DNA of 63,403 nucleotides, filler included, from Chiloscyllium plagiosum (GCF_004010195.1; 5 parts of 2 records of this genome joined end to end with filler, not necessarily neighbours in it), one strand, 5' to 3'; positions 12,690 through 26,656 are shown, counted from the whole stretch's first letter. Made by a program: numbers and translations. Notes: generated by a model not told the origin, from the sequence alone.

Positions 12690-13860
12690 ATAGAATCCAG
12701 TCATAGATCATGGAAAAATACCATTTGGTCCAACTAGTCCATGCCATCCATATTCCCAAACCATGCTTCAGGTCATTCTGCTATAACACGCCAGTTGTGA
12801 TCTTCTGCAACCTCCCACTATAGAGATCACGCTAAGGAAAAACCACAAGACACATTCAGCAAAAAGTTCGCATTATGCAAACAATGTCCACAATTCATCA
12901 ATTGCGTTATAGCCAATTCGCATTGACGAAACACGTGTAGTAGAAGAACTACCTAGAGTCTCATTTGCCTGCATTTGGCCCATATCCCTCCAAACCTTTC
13001 CTATTCATGTACTTATTCAAATGTCTTCTAAATATTGCAACTGTACCTGCTTTCATTCCACATTAGGACCACTGTATAAAAATGTTGACCCCCATGTCCT
13101 TTTTAAATCTTTCTCCTCTCACTGTAAAAATATGCCTTCTAGTTTTGAGCTCCCCCACCATGGGAAAATACCCTTTCTATTCACCTTATCTATGCCTCTC
13201 ATGACTTCATAAGTCTTTCTAAGATCACCACTCCACCTCCTATGCTTCAGTGAAAAAAGACCCAGCCTATCCAACCTGTCTTTACAACTCAAACCCTTCA
13301 TTCCTGGCAACATCTGGTAAATCTTTTCTGAACCCTCCTTAATCTAATAACATCTTTCCCATAGCAGGATGATCAGAACTGTGCATTGTACTCCAAAAGA
13401 GGCCTCACCAACATCCTGAACAACCTCAACATGATATCCCAACTTCTACATTCAAACGCATGAGCAATGAAGGCAAGCGTGCTAAATGCCTCCTTAGCCA
13501 CCCTGTCTACAAGTAATTTCAAAAAATTATGTAGTTGAATCTCTTGACCACTGTCTACAATACTACCAAGGGTCCCACCCTTGTTTGTTTTATATCTCAC
13601 ATTATCCAAATTCAACTCCATCTACTACTCCTCAGCCCTTTGACCCAATAGATCAAAATCTTTTTGTACTCTTAAATAATCTTTTTCACTGTCTACTATA
13701 CCACCAATTTTGGTGCCATCTGCAAACTTACCAACCATGCCTCCTAAATTGTCTCCAAATTGTTTATCTAAATGACAAACAAAAGTGAACCCAATGCCAA
13801 TCCCTGTGGAACATTGCTGGCGACAGGCCTCCAGTCCAAAAAACAATCCTCCACCTTTTA
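12690..13860 (-). mobile_element. CR1 ORF2 RT / 3' end
   Basis: ORF fragments GKFADGTKIGGIVDSE, LVRPLLEYNAQF, MLPGMKGLSCKDRLDRLGLFSL. Confidence 0.85.
12769..12955. mobile_element. Tigger/pogo-like MITE inserted in the CR1 tail
   Basis: Imperfect TIRs caggtcattctgctataacacg versus the reverse complement of cgtgtagtagaagaactaccta. Confidence 0.55.
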
Positions 13861-14589
13861 CTACGTGCTGTCCTAATTGTCGACCCAACTGAGAGAGCCC
13901 CACTGAGAGACGGTGAGAACAACTGAGAAGTGGAGATGACCTCTGCTGCTTTGGGAAAAGTTGGAAAGAAAACATCATGACTGACGACAGCTGTCAAGCC
14001 ATCATTGTACTGGGGTATCTGCTGCGTAGTTTGACCAGCAATGAAATTGTAACCATCACATCCCAGAGGGTCCATGCTGAGGTAATGGAGACAAAATCAA
14101 TAAGATCACTCAGAGGAAGAAGGTATTGGTTAGCCAACCCAACACATTTATTTTTGAACCTTTTAACCCTCACTGGCACCTCAGCACTTTGACCCAATAG
14201 ATCAAATGCATGGCAGGGAAGCTCCTGGGCCTGCCCGGAACTTTTAGAAGGGTACATCGTGGAGTTAGTTGTGTGGGAGATAAAAATTCAGGTTCCTAAT
14301 GGTGGGTTAAAGTTTTGGGATTAGGTTCTCAGAACCTTTCGGGTGGGTCAGCTTTTACGACCTTGAGAATTCAAAATATCTTTTGGATTAACACACATGC
14401 TTTTGGAACTATGCTCATGGGCAAATGAGGGATATGTGTTCACAAACCCAGTTCTGTATGAGTGGTATCTTTTGGGTGGTGTAGACGTCTTCCTCCAAGC
14501 TTCACTGAGTATTATCATGTTCAGTATTGTGACTTCTGCAATATGTGGTTTTCCCTTCTCATAAATGCCATGATTGAATAAAATACGAA

Positions 14590-15990
14590 GAAGAGGAAGA
14601 GAAGGAAGAATGCCAGTGCCAACACAACCATGTATCTGTGCTGCCTGCAGCTGTGGATGAACAGGCAACACCTGAAGAAAAGAACCAGGACCTTCAGAAC
14701 TGCCGAGGTGTACACCTAGAAAGAGTCTGCTGATTGCATTGCAGCTACATGCAGTTGAGTGAAAGGCAGTGCAAGAGATGTCCCTATGAACATCAACTAG
14801 CCACTAAATGCCACAGCCAGCTGTCCTGAGCAGTTATACACACAGATGACAAGGACCACAAATTTGACTGGGACAACACAACAACAATAGGTCAAGCCAA
14901 ACAGAGGACAGCCATAGAATGTTTAGAAGGATGGCACTCATCCATAGGCTCCATCAGTAAACACATACACCCAATATACCGACTACTGCAATGAACAACT
15001 GGAACTAGCAACCAGAAGCAACGGGAACAAAACCACATAACTTCCAACCAACACAGTACTGCAGTGCTTCACAGAAGGCTCCATAGGACTGAGGATGTCA
15101 CCTGGAAAAGTGGCAAAACATCTGCAAACCAACTTCCCAGCTCGGCGAACAAACCCACAACAACTGCAACCAGCATCTGAGCTACAAATCTTTACACAAA
15201 CCTTGAACTAGGGAAGATTTATATCTGATGCCACCTACAGGCAGGCCCACAGCCAGACAGCTTTGAAGGAAACTTATGTCTGAGATACATATAATGTCCT
15301 TCAGCTCCTATCTAACCTCAACTTGGAAAATACGTGACCTTTTCCAAATGGCAATCCACCAGTTCATTAATGAGTTCACTGATGCCTGTATAGAAGAAGA
15401 CAATAGTTTGTCCACTTCACCAGGGCCTAGAGAATCGAGGCCAGAGCCAGAGCCATCAGATTTGCAGCCAATAGTGGTTCAATCACATAAATAGGCCATT
15501 GACAACAAGCATGTGATACTCCAAGCCCCCTGGCAGATCCCTGAACCGATAGTGATTTCATTCCCTCTCCATCCAGCGTGCTTGTGACCATGGGCAACAC
15601 TTCCTATAGAAGGGTGCCTGCTGTCAGTAGAATTGGCATGACATTTCCATTCTACATAACTAGTTTTTTCAGATGTTTGCGCCTCCCCATGTTATCTCCA
15701 TGGCTGGCTTGTTGGCATCAAACGATATCCCTGAAAGGCATGAACCCAATGTGAAATTCCCAGAGTGGTGAACTGCACTACATTTCAGACCATACATCCA
15801 CTAAGACATTATTGCACAGATGATTGGTTTTCTAATGGTAAGCTTCAATTCACTGGGACACTCAGGAGAAGAATTGCAGTAATCACCAGGCAAGGTTTTC
15901 AGAATTGCACTTGTTTCTGAGGTCTGCGTAACTAAGCTCAATGACAGGTTGAGAATGTAGAGTAAGGGAAGGTAGACCAGCCAGCTGTCT
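14590..15990 (+). mobile_element. PIF/Harbinger (HARBI1-like) transposase fossil, interrupted by a PLE
   Basis: Decayed QMAIHQFINEFTDA, RAIRFAA, AIDNKHV..QAP, FHSLSIQRACDH; alignable by eye to 56020-56240. Boundaries approximate. Confidence 0.6.
14785..15208 (+). mobile_element. Penelope-like element family C: GIY-YIG region C-terminus, 3' tail and decayed hammerhead (15089-15122)
   Basis: Translates YEHQLATKCHSQLS*AVIHTDDKDHKFDWDNTTTIGQAKQRTAIECLEGWHS, then ctgaggatgtcacc...aaaacatctgca. Confidence 0.75.
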
Positions 15991-16320
15991 TCTCATGAGG
16001 AAGGAGGGGACTTTGGTGCAGCTACTGATGAAGCCAGGAATGATGATGAGGAAGGTGATGAATTCAGGGAAGTTCTGAGGTGAGGCAGAAGGTCCAAAAG
16101 AAACAGACAACAGCTAGATTTAAGGGTGAATGAACTTGTATTAACATACAGGGAAATCCAGAACTACAAGATATTTTTTGGCTCAGAGGCATTTCCACCT
16201 TCAAAGGAATGTTTGCTTTCTAGCTTTTACAACATTAAGTTACTTCATCTGCCCTTAATTGTAAGTTAATTTGTTCTCTGGCAAGAACCGTTTTCTGGCA
16301 AGAACATCATTATGGCATAG

Positions 16321-17485
16321 CTTTGATTTGATTTGAATTATTTATTGTCACGTTTAGCAAAGTGCAGTGAAAAGCTTTGTTTATGAGCAGTACATGCAGA
16401 GCTTATTAAGCAAGGACATACAGATCTTAGGGTGAAAAAAATACTTAGTCAAAGGCATACCGGTTACATTGACAGGGCATGCACTCGACAAGATCAACAT
16501 TAGCAAGATCAGAATCATTTGAAGTTAGAGAATCCATTCTTCAGTCTAATAATGGCCAGGGAGAAGCGGTTCCTGAACCTGTTAGTGCATGTGTTCAAGC
16601 TTCTGGATCTTCTGTCTGACGGAAGAGGTTGTGGGAGAGCATTACTGGGGTGGGAGGTGTCTTTGATGATGTTGCCAGCCTTTCCATGGTAATGAGCATT
16701 GTCGTAATGACCAGGGTTGTGCAGACAATCTTCTTATGGTCCTGGGCAGCGCAGTTGCCATACCAGGCCATTATGCGCCCAGACAGTATGCTTTCAGTGG
16801 TGCATATGTAAAGGCTGGTGAAGGTCCTTGTGGACCTGCCAAATTTCCCAAGCCACCTGAGGAAGAGGCATTATTGTGCCTTCTTGATCATTGTGTCCAC
16901 ATGGGCAGTCAAGGACAGGTTGTCGGTTATCATCACTCCAAGGAACCTGATGCTCTCCACCCTCTCAACCTCAGCTCCATTGATGTAGTTGGGAGTGTGT
17001 TCTCCTGCTTTCTTTCCGAAGTCAATGATCAGTTCTTTAGTTTTGCTGACATTAAGGGAGAGGTTGTTATTATTGCACAACATCACCAAGCCCTCTACCT
17101 CCTTTCCGTATTCTAACTCCTCATTGTTAGATATCTGTCTTACCATGGTAGTGTCATCAGCAAGCTTGTGGATGGCATTCATTTGGAATTTGACAACACA
17201 GTCATGGGTGTACAGGGAGTACAGGAGGAGGCTGAGGATGCAGCGTTGGGAGGTTCCAGTGTTGGCTGTTATTGTGGAGGAAATACAGTTATTTATCTTC
17301 ACTGACGGCAGTCTGTGGCTCAGAAAGCTGAGGATCCAGTTGCAAAGGGCGGAGCAGAGACCAAGGTCACGGAGTTTTGAGATCAGTCTGGAGGGGATAA
17401 TGGTGTTGAAGGCAGAGCTGTCAATGAGCAGGAGTCTTACGTACGTGTCCTTGTTGTCCAGATGTTCCAGGGATGAGTGCAGGGT
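16321..17485 (-). mobile_element. Rex1/Babar-type LINE RT and 3' end
   Basis: ORF 16871..17500: [17 protein letters not shown]...SLYTHDC...KLADDTT...KTKELIIDF; (TTTGA)n tail. Confidence 0.85.
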
Positions 17486-17676
17486 TAGCTTGAAAGGCAC
17501 CTTACTGGGTTCTAAGGATGTACGGAGGCTAAACTATGCTAATTGACTTCTGAAGTGCCCATCTAGCTTCGGTTTCAGCTTTCCAGAAGTTTTATGCCTT
17601 CCGGGAGCAGCAATGGACAACACTTAGATCTATTTGCATTGATCCATATGATACATATTTGTGCTTATTGTATTGT

Positions 17677-17990
17677 GGGCGGCACGGTGGCACAGTGGTT
17701 AGCACTGTTGCCTCACAGCGCCTGAGACCCGGGTTCAATTCCCGCCTCAGGTGACTGATTGTGTGGAGTTTGCACGTTCTCCCCGTGTCTGCGTGGGTTT
17801 CCTCCGGGTGCTCCGGTTTCCTCCCACAGTCCAAAGATGTGCAGGTAAGGTGAATTGGCCATGCTAAATTGCCCGTAGTGTTAGGTAAGGGGTAAATGTA
17901 GGGGCATGGGTGGGTTGCGCTTCGACGGGTCGGTGTGGACTTGTTGGGCCGAAGGGCCTGTTTCCACACTGTAATGTAATCTAATCTAAT
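17677..17990 (+). mobile_element. V-SINE (HE1-like), young, full length
   Basis: A/B boxes TGGCACAGTGG and GGTTCAATTCC, V-domain, TAATC tail. Confidence 0.9.
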
Positions 17991-18014
17991 GTGTTCTTTT
18001 AGAGTTACGGTTTA

Positions 18015-18395
18015 GAAGGTTGAGGGGAAATCTAATAGAAACTTACAAGGTAATGCATGGCTCAGGAAGGGTGGACACTGGGAATTTGTTCCCGTCATGC
18101 AGGGATACTAGGACCTGTGGGCACAGCCTTAGAATTAGAGGGAGTCAATTTAAAACAGAAATGAGGAGACATTTCTTCAGCCAGAGAGTGGTGAACCTGT
18201 GTAATTCATTGCCATGGAATGTAGTGGAGGCCAGGATGTTAAATGTCTTCAAGGCAGAGATTGATAAATTCTTAATCTTGCAAGGAATTAATGGACACAG
18301 GGAGGGTGCAGGGAAGTGGCGTTGAAATGCCCATCAGCCATGAGTAGGTTTGATGGGCTAAATGGCCTTACTTTTACTCCTATGTCTTATGGTCT
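18015..18395 (+). mobile_element. CR1 3' end
   Basis: RGNLIETYKVM...RRHFFSQRVVNLCNSLP...FKAEIDKFL (ORF 18020..18325). Confidence 0.85.
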
Positions 18396-18800
18396 TTTCC
18401 TGCAACTGGAGAGAAGCATTGAGAGACATTAGCATGGATGCATATACACCATTCCTGCATTGACAAATTCACATAGAGATATCAATCCCCAATGCTGTGA
18501 CTTTCTGTGTGTGTTACTACTAAGAAAAATGTAGTATGGCACAAGTTAGATGTTGAAGGGTTTTTAATGTAGGTGGTTCAACGTCATCAAAAAGCTACAA
18601 TTGATGAATACCAATGAAACATTATAATATGTGCGTTCTGGAGATCCCCATGAAGTTTCCATTTAGGAGTTGTCTCTTGTGTTTGTGTTCTGGTTCCATA
18701 CAAACCTTTGAAAAACAAATAGATATGTATGGTCTCCTGGTTATGAAGAAAGATCAATAAACTGATGGTGCATGAGCTACTGAATGTTATGGTTCTTTTT

Positions 18801-19044
18801 TTAGATTAGATTAGATTACTTACAGTGTGGAAACAGGCCCTTCGGCCCAACAAGTCCACACCGACCCGCCGAAGCGCAACCTATCCAGACCCATTCCCCT
18901 ACATTTACCCCTTCACCTAACACTACGGGCAATTTAGCATAGCCAATTCACCTAACCTGCACATTTTTTGGATTGTGGGAGGAAACCGGAGCACCCGGAG
19001 GAAACCCACGCAGACACGGGGAGAATGTGCAAACTCCACACAGT
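18801..19044 (-). mobile_element. V-SINE, 5'-truncated
   Basis: Reverse complement of the 17677 family; (TTAGA)n tail. Confidence 0.88.
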
Positions 19045-19619
19045 TCATGTTTTCATGTTTTAACCTTGGCAGATGTGTGACAGGCAGTATCAATATGATG
19101 TTAGTTATGCCAAATTGACAGCTGCAATGAAGTGGAAGACATTGATTGCACATGATGCATTTGATGGAGGTGGATGTGATAAATCTGAGCAGTGGCAAAC
19201 ATTGAGTGCTAACACTCACTCAGAGGGGCAGGGAGCATTGATACACAGCAGTATATATCTTGGTGCAGCAGGTCATTAGTCTTCTTGCAGTAGGTACTCT
19301 TGGACATTGACATCTCCAGCCACCTCAGTTCAGAACTGCCTTCATCATTCAGGATACCACGGGGAAAAGAACATCCTTTCTCTCCTTGATTACTTTATGC
19401 CTGAACATTGATGTCTCCAGTGGTGGGTGTGGTTAATGACAAGCAGAAGCCGAGTAATACTCCTGGGTTGCAGAGAGAGGATTGCTGTTTGGATGCCTTT
19501 TAAATATGGTGGCTGGAAGGTTGCAGAACTGCCTACCCATAAAATTTGATGTTTTACCTGCACGTGGACATTTAATAGGAATAAAATGTAATCTCTGATG
19601 AACACCGCCCCCCCCACCT

Positions 19620-19735
19620 TCTTCAGGGCTTATGCCCGAAATGTCGATTCTCCTGTTCCCTGGATGCTGCCTGACCTGCTGGCAACACATTTTCAGCTCT
19701 GATCTCCAGCATCTGCAGACCTCACTTTCTCCTCA
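19620..19735 (+). mobile_element. PLE family A fragment starting inside the ribozyme
   Basis: agggcttatgcccgaaatgtcgattctcctg...ctcactttctcct. Confidence 0.75.
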
Positions 19736-20664
19736 AAGATACTACCTTATTTAGTCTCAGCAAAACAAAATGCTGACCATGGTGTTTTACTGTTATCTTG
19801 CTGACTGGATTTAAGTTTGACATTTTTGTTTCAGTGTATCCTTTGTATTGTGATCCTGTGTTTGTGACACTCTGAAAGTAAATATAACTTGCTGGAATTC
19901 AGTAAATTTTATTCAGGTGCCTAATGCTGGCAAAATTGTGATTGATCTTCTGTGCCATCAGCTTTATTCATTTTAGTAAGTTTGTAACGTTATGAGCTGA
20001 ATATGGAAAAAAGAAATATGTCTTGTAGACTGATGATAGTTGCATCTCATACCAGAGACAAAGTTGCATGGAACATCATAAAGGCTGATAACCATAGAGA
20101 TGTTCTGTGTAACCTCCCTCCTCCTATCATTTATTTCATGTGGAAATACAGGGTCATTGCTCAAGCTAATATTTTCTATTCATCTCTCTTAATGTATCTC
20201 TCAGACAATCTCTGTATCTCAGTAAGACTCTGCAAAATGTAGCAAGGGGCCAGCCAGAAATAGCCACTAGAAACTTTCATTTTCATAATGTCCTGTCAAA
20301 TCACTGCTTTTCTGATCAATAATCTTTGTTCTTTGAGGTTAGATGTAGCCAACCTTATCTTTTGGTTGACTGTGCATCACCCAACCAAATAAATGGTTGA
20401 TGCCATGTCTCGCTGGGGCAGCACCCTCTGTTCTCAGAGTTTTCACCTAAGTTATGCAAAATTTCCCTGCCCCAATTTAGACCCAAGTTGACAGAAAGCA
20501 CTGATTAGTTTTCTGTACTTAACAAGTAATATTATTTATTTATTATAATTAAATAGGTTCTAGCGACAGGTAAACAATTATAAACTATTTACATATAACT
20601 TCACTGGTTGAACCTCTAACCCCTTGCAAACTCTCACTGCACATGCATTCATAGAATAGAATAA

Positions 20665-20945
20665 AATCATAGAATCCTGACAGTGTGGAAGCAGGCCATT
20701 CGGTCCACCAAGTCCAGACTGAGCCACCCCACCCTATCCTCATTAGCCATGGCTAATCCACATAACCTATAGATTCCTGGACAATATGTACAGTTTAGCA
20801 TGGTCAATCCACCTTACCTGCACATCTTTGGACTTTGGGAGGAAACCCATGCAGACACGGGGAAAATGTGCAAGCTCCACAGAGGCAGTCACCCAAGGGT
20901 AGAATTGAATCTGAATCCCTGGAGCTGTGACGCAGCAGTGCTGTC
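20665..20945 (-). mobile_element. V-SINE (older copy)
   Basis: acctgcacatctttggactttgggaggaaacccatgcagacacgggg. Confidence 0.75.
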
Positions 20946-22919
20946 CCAAACAGACAGATACAATAGATGGAAAGCAAAATGATGTTGCAGATGGAGTGAA
21001 ATCTTGGGAAGGCTGTTCAATGGTTCCTGTCTCCAGGATTGACTGAAATTATCCTTTTAGCTTGCAAGGGTTTGCTGCTTTAGACTTCTCTTCTTCACCT
21101 ATTCACTCCAGTTTATCTACATCTAAATTTCCTGCTGGTTGTACAAACATTTAGAATATGGGCTGGTAGGTTAATTTTTAAAAGTGCTGTAATCCCTTTC
21201 ATAATCTTGGTTTTTAAAATGGCCCTTTTCTCATTTCAATCCACAACAAAAAGTACTGGAAAGTTTAAAAAAAAGTCTTTTCAATCGATTTACTTATGAG
21301 GTCTGCTTGAGTTGGGCTAAGGAATGTTGTTATATTTCAGAGGAACCAAAGCAGAACTGAACTAACAGGGAAGATGTTGAGATTATCAATATCATCAATA
21401 AAGGTGTAGAATTTCTTCAACTTATGCTACAAGGTGAAGTACATCGAATACTGAGATTATTTGTTAACAATAGAGTCACTAAAGGAAAGCTTCTTCACTA
21501 AATTCACTCCACTAAATTCACTCCAAAGTGTAACAGTAACACTAAGGCATAAAGCCATGATCAGGTCATTGAGCATTGGTTTACCTAATAAAATTGTAAA
21601 CTTAATATTCCATCAAATTTCAGTTAAAAGGGAAGTGGAGCTAGTACAAGAATAAATTTGAAATAATCTGTAGGATAATTAGAATTAATGACTCTGTATA
21701 CATTACTAATTAGTACTTCACTAATTCACACTCATGGAAAATCTTCTTGGATGGCCTAATGCTAATGTTCATTGCAGTATTGTTTCTGAAATGCTAGTCG
21801 CCTTAGTTGCATCAGCCACAAACAGAACTTTTAGGGAAATCCACAATGCCTATCAATTGTAGCTTACTAGTCCAACAATGTTTGTTATGTGTAGTGATTT
21901 TGAGACCACCATCCATTTCCTGGAAAGATATGTAAACTCAACATTCACTTCTTACACAAACCTTTGAACTAACACTCCCTCACAAGCTGCACTTTGACCA
22001 ATCTTCCAGTATGTAACATAAAGATAATCAATATCTCTGATTAACTGTACGAATTATGTATCTTGCAGAAAAAATTGCTTGTATTACAGTAGATCCATGG
22101 ACCTTTTATAATACAAATGGGAGATCTCAACTGAAAAGGTTGAGGAAATCTGCTCTATCTTTCTGTCTCTTTTGTTCTATTTATCTCACTATTCTATCTA
22201 TCAATATATTTCTGTACCTCTCTATCCCTCGATCTATTCGGTCTAATCGAATTGCAGTTTCAGTCATTTTCTTTGAAGCAGGTTCTATACTCAATGACTT
22301 CAAACATGTTACATTTCTGTCAAAGTGCTTGTGTAATTGATAACATGGTTTTACAAAGCAGTTCTGCTTCCTTGTGGTTTTTAATAGTGGCCTAGTTTTA
22401 GCTTACATGCAGTCTGCCCACTAATCTGTTTTTTATTGTAACGGATAGCTTTGGGTAGAAACTATGTCAGGACAATTAATGCCAGACTTATGATCATCAT
22501 TAATTGAAAGTGCTTGATTCCCAACAGCAAATCAAGGAATCTTGAAGAGTTGTTGTTTATCAAAGCATTTTTGTGGCAAGAATTTTTCATGTTACATACT
22601 ATTTTAAGGTTATTAATGAATAATCAATTCTTTGTGTAATGCGTTTGATGTAATAAATACTGACATACTATAATTAATACAAGGATCTTCTCATTTTAAA
22701 ATGACTAATTGCAAATTGGAACCATCTTTCAAAAACATTTCCCAATGTATTATTTTCCAACAACATGTTTGTAATAGGCACAATTTGAGGCTTTTTGTTA
22801 AAGATAAATCAAGCTGTTTTTCTTTAGGTTATTTAACATCTCCTGAGCCAAAAATGAGAAATAGTTTCCAAAGGTCAAGAGGTTAAACTTCTTTTAAAAG
22901 AAGATCTTTACGACAATCC

Positions 22920-23310
22920 AATCCAATGCAGCCCAATTCATTGACACCACATCTACCACCTTCAACATTCACACCCTCTAATATTGACACACAGTGAGAG
23001 CAATATGTACCATCTACAAGATGCTCTGCAATAACTCATAAAGGCTATTTTCAAAGCCATAATCTCTCTCACTTAGAAGGGAAAAGGGCAGCAGATACAT
23101 GAGTTAACCACCGCCTGCTAGTTCCCCTCCAAACCTTTCACCATCCCTGATTTGCAAATGTATCTCTGTTCTCTCACTGTTGTTTAATCAAAATCCTTCA
23201 ATTCCCTCCCGAACAACATTATTTGTGCACCTACACAAAATGGACTGTAGCATTTCACCACCACCCTCTCAAGAGTCATTAAGGATGGAAAATAAATACT
23301 GGCCTCATTC
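22920..23310 (+). mobile_element. Old CR1/L2-group LINE 3' end
   Basis: accatctacaagatgc...caccaccaccctctcaagag...aataaatactggcc; the same tail type occurs near 5040-5120, 7620-7740 and 34540-34700. Confidence 0.55.
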
Positions 23311-23819
23311 TGTTTATGAATTTTTAAAATCTAAAGTCATGCAGTGAAGATCAAAGTTAAAAATAATGGTGTAAACATTGCTAGACTAAGAATGCAAGAC
23401 CACATATTGTCAACCAGATCTGCTACTTTAACAGACTGTCGCTCAGGTTTATGACAAAAACAATCACATTCTGCAAACTCCCCATCAAGGATTACCTCTC
23501 TAATTTATCTAACTTTTCAATTAATGATGATCATAAGTCTGGCATTAATTGTCCGATGAGAGGTTTGTACTATGATTAAATATTGAGTAGCATGGGCCCA
23601 TACTATACTCAGTTTAAAGCACTGACTTATGATCCCACCAAGTGATCGACCCTGGTTCATTGTGGAATATAGGGTCATGCCAAGAACAGCACCATGAATA
23701 AATAAAATCAAAGTACCAAACTCATGAAGCTACAACAGAGGACAACTTCCATGTTAAAATGTGGGAGTAGCATGCAATAGGCAGAGCAAAGCAAACAATT
23801 GATCAAATCTCAAACAAAA

Positions 23820-24093
23820 CCACAGGAGGAATTGCTGGATGTTTTGAAATGGTTAAAGGTGGATAAATCCCCAGGATCTGATCAGGTGTACCTGAGAACT
23901 CTGTGGGAAGCTAGAGAAGGATTTGCTGGGCCTCTTGCTGAGATATCTGTATCATCGATAGTCACAGGTGAGGTGCCGGAAGACTGGAGGTTGGCAAACG
24001 TGGTGCCACTGTTTAAGAAGGGTGGTAAAGACAAGCCAGGGAACTATAGACCGTTGAGCCTGACCTCGGTGGTGGGCAAGTTGTTGGAGGGAA
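23820..24093 (+). mobile_element. CR1 ORF2 fragment (pre-RT), runs into a gap
   Basis: KVDKSPGSDQ...VPEDWRLANVVPLFKKGGKDKPGNYRPLSLTSVVGKLLE. Confidence 0.9.
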
Positions 24094-24193
24094 NNNNNNN
24101 NNNNNNNNNNNNNNNNNNNNNNNNNNNNNNNNNNNNNTTAATTAATTAANNNNNNNNNNNNNNNNNNNNNNNNNNNNNNNNNNNNNNNNNNNN
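24094..24193. other. Assembly gap linker N44-TTAATTAATTAA-N44 (also 40937-41036, 51285-51384, 61892-61991)
   Basis: Identical 100-nt construct four times; the 12-mer gives stop codons in all six frames. Confidence 0.95.
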
Positions 24194-25400
24194 TTAATTT
24201 ATTAGTCCTACCTTGTCCCTGCCTGCCCTGGCTGTTTGACTCACTTCTGTTCTCAGCTGTACCCGTCTCAGATCGATCTCTTTCCTCACTATCTCCCTGG
24301 GTCCCACCCCCCCACCTTACTAGTTTAAATCCTCCCAAGCAGTTCTAGCAAATGTCCCTGCCAGTATGATAGTCCCCTTCCAATTTAGTTGCAATCCGTC
24401 CTTCTTGTACAGGTCTCTTCTACCCCAAAAGAGATTCCAATGATCCAAAAATGTGAATCCTTCTCCCATACACCAGCTCCTCAGCCATGCATTCATCTGC
24501 TCTATCCTCCTATTCCTGCCCTCACTAGCCCGTAGCACTGGGAGTAATCCAGATATTATTACCCTTGAGGACCTCCTTTTTAAATTTCTGCCTAACTGTC
24601 TGTAATCTCCCTTCAGAATCTCAACCTTTTCTCTTCCAATGTTGTTGGTTCCATTGTGGACAATGACCTCCTGCTGGCCCCTCTCCCCCGTGAGAACATT
24701 CTGCATCCTCTCTGAGACATCCTTGATCCTCGCACCAGGCAAACAACACACCATTCTGCTTTTTCTCTGGTGGCCACAGAAACGTCTGTCTGTACCTCTG
24801 AGTACAGAATCCCCTCACACGATTGATCTCTTGGAAGCTGACGTACCCCTCGTTGCATTAGAGCCAGTCTCAATACCAGAAACTTGGCTGTCCGTGCTAC
24901 GTTCCCCTGAGAATCCATTACCCCCTACATTTTCGAAAACAGCATACCTGTTTGAAATGGGTTTATCCACAAAAGATTCCTGCCCTAGGTGTCGACCTCT
25001 CTCACCCTTCCTGGAGTAAATCCATCTATGTGACTGTATCTGAGACTTTTCCCCCTTCCTATAACTGCCATCCATCACATACTGTTGCTGTTGCAAATTC
25101 CTCATCACTTCTATCTGTCAATCTGATAAGATTCGCATCCAACAGCATTTATAGCAGATATAATCCGCAGTAACCCTTAAGCTCTCTTTAAACTCCCACA
25201 TCTGACAAGAAGTACACATCACTGCAAAGGCCATTTTTGCTTCTTCACAATCTACAGACCCAGAAAGTAACACCGTATTATTTCTCTACAAACACTGCCC
25301 TCGGTTAAATTAATAGCTATGGCTTATATTTTAAGTTTAATCAAGAGACTTATTGCCAAGAACATATAATCAAGAAAGAATCCACTATACTCACTACTGC
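24194..25400 (-). mobile_element. CR1 ORF1 (Cys knuckle, coiled coil, SGNH esterase) with 5'UTR part
   Basis: ATG 25234-25232 MAFAVMCTSCQMWE...; ORF 24320..24754 CLPGARIKDV...HNGTNN...DGLQLN; disrupted by indels and stops. Confidence 0.9.
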
Positions 25401-26077
25401 ATGGAATACAGGGAGAACTAGCCATTTGGATACAGAACTGGCTCAAAGGTAGAAGACAGAGGGTGGTGGTGGAGGGTTGTTTTTCAGACTGGAGGCCTGT
25501 GACCAGTGGAGTGTCACAAGGATCGGTGCTGGGTTCCTCTACTTTTTGTCATTTACATAAATGATTTGGATGCGAGCATAAGAGGTACAGTTAGTACGCT
25601 TGCAGATGACACCAAAATGNNNNNNNNNNNNNNNNNNNNNNNNNNNNNNNNNNNNNNNNNNNNNNNNNNNNNNNNNNNNNNNNNNNNNNNNNNNNNNNNN
25701 NNNNNNNNNNNNNNNNNNNNNNNNNNNNNNNNNNNNNNNNNNNNNNNNNNNNNNNNNNNNNNNNNNNNNNNNNNNNNNNNNNNNNNNNNNNNNNNNNNNN
25801 NNNNGAGGTTTACAAAATTATGAGAGGCATGGATAGGATAAACAGACAAAGTCTTTTCCCTGGGTCCGGGAGTCCAGAACTAGAGGGCATAGATTTAGGG
25901 TGAGAGGGGAAAGATATAAAAGAGACCTAAGGGGCAACTTTCTCACGCAGAGGGTGTTAATTATATGGAATGAGCTGCCAGAGGATGTGGTGAAGGCTGG
26001 TACAATTGCAACATTTAAGAGGCATTTGGATGGGTATATGAATATGAAGGGTTTGGAGGATATGACCGGGTGCTGGC
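25401..26077 (+). mobile_element. CR1 ORF2 RT / 3' fragments spanning an N gap
   Basis: LLFVIYINDLDASIRGTVSTLADDTK; RGERYKRDLRGNFLTQRV...WNELP. Confidence 0.88.
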
Positions 26078-26656
26078 NNNNNNNNNNNNNNNNNNNNNNN
26101 NNNNNNNNNNNNNNNNNNNNNNNNNNNNNNNNNNNNNNNNNNNNNNNNNNNNNNNNNNNNNNNNNNNNNNNNNNNNNNNNNNNNNNNNNNNNNNNNNNNN
26201 NNNNNNNNNNNNNNNNNNNNNNNNNNNNNNNNNNNNNNNNNNNNNNNNNNNNNNNNNNNNNNNNNNNNNNNNNNNNNNNNNNNNNNNNNNNNNNNNNNNN
26301 NNNNNNNNNNNNNNNNNNNNNNNNNNNNNNNNNNNNNNNNNNNNNNNNNNNNNNNNNNNNNNNNNNNNNNNNNNNNNNNNNNNNNNNNNNNNNNNNNNNN
26401 NNNNNNNNNNNNNNNNNNNNNNNNNNNNNNNNNNNNNNNNNNNNNNNNNNNNNNNNNNNNNNNNNNNNNNNNNNNNNNNNNNNNNNNNNNNNNNNNNNNN
26501 NNNNNNNNNNNNNNNNNNNNNNNNNNNNNNNNNNNNNNNNNNNNNNNNNNNNNNNNNNNNNNNNNNNNNNNNNNNNNATGCTGTACATCTCTATGACTCT
26601 AAATTGCTGGAAAAACTCAGCAATGAAAAACCTTCACAGATGGCAGAGAAATCCGA

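Noticed and set aside
17677..17750. tRNA genes at SINE heads (also 6283, 53173, 5226)
   Set aside because: Pol III boxes belong to V-SINE heads; the full-length copies continue into the V-domain and tail.
24138..24149. Recurrent TTAATTAATTAA palindrome (also 40981, 51329, 61936)
   Set aside because: Always centred in N44...N44; a synthetic six-frame-stop scaffolding linker.
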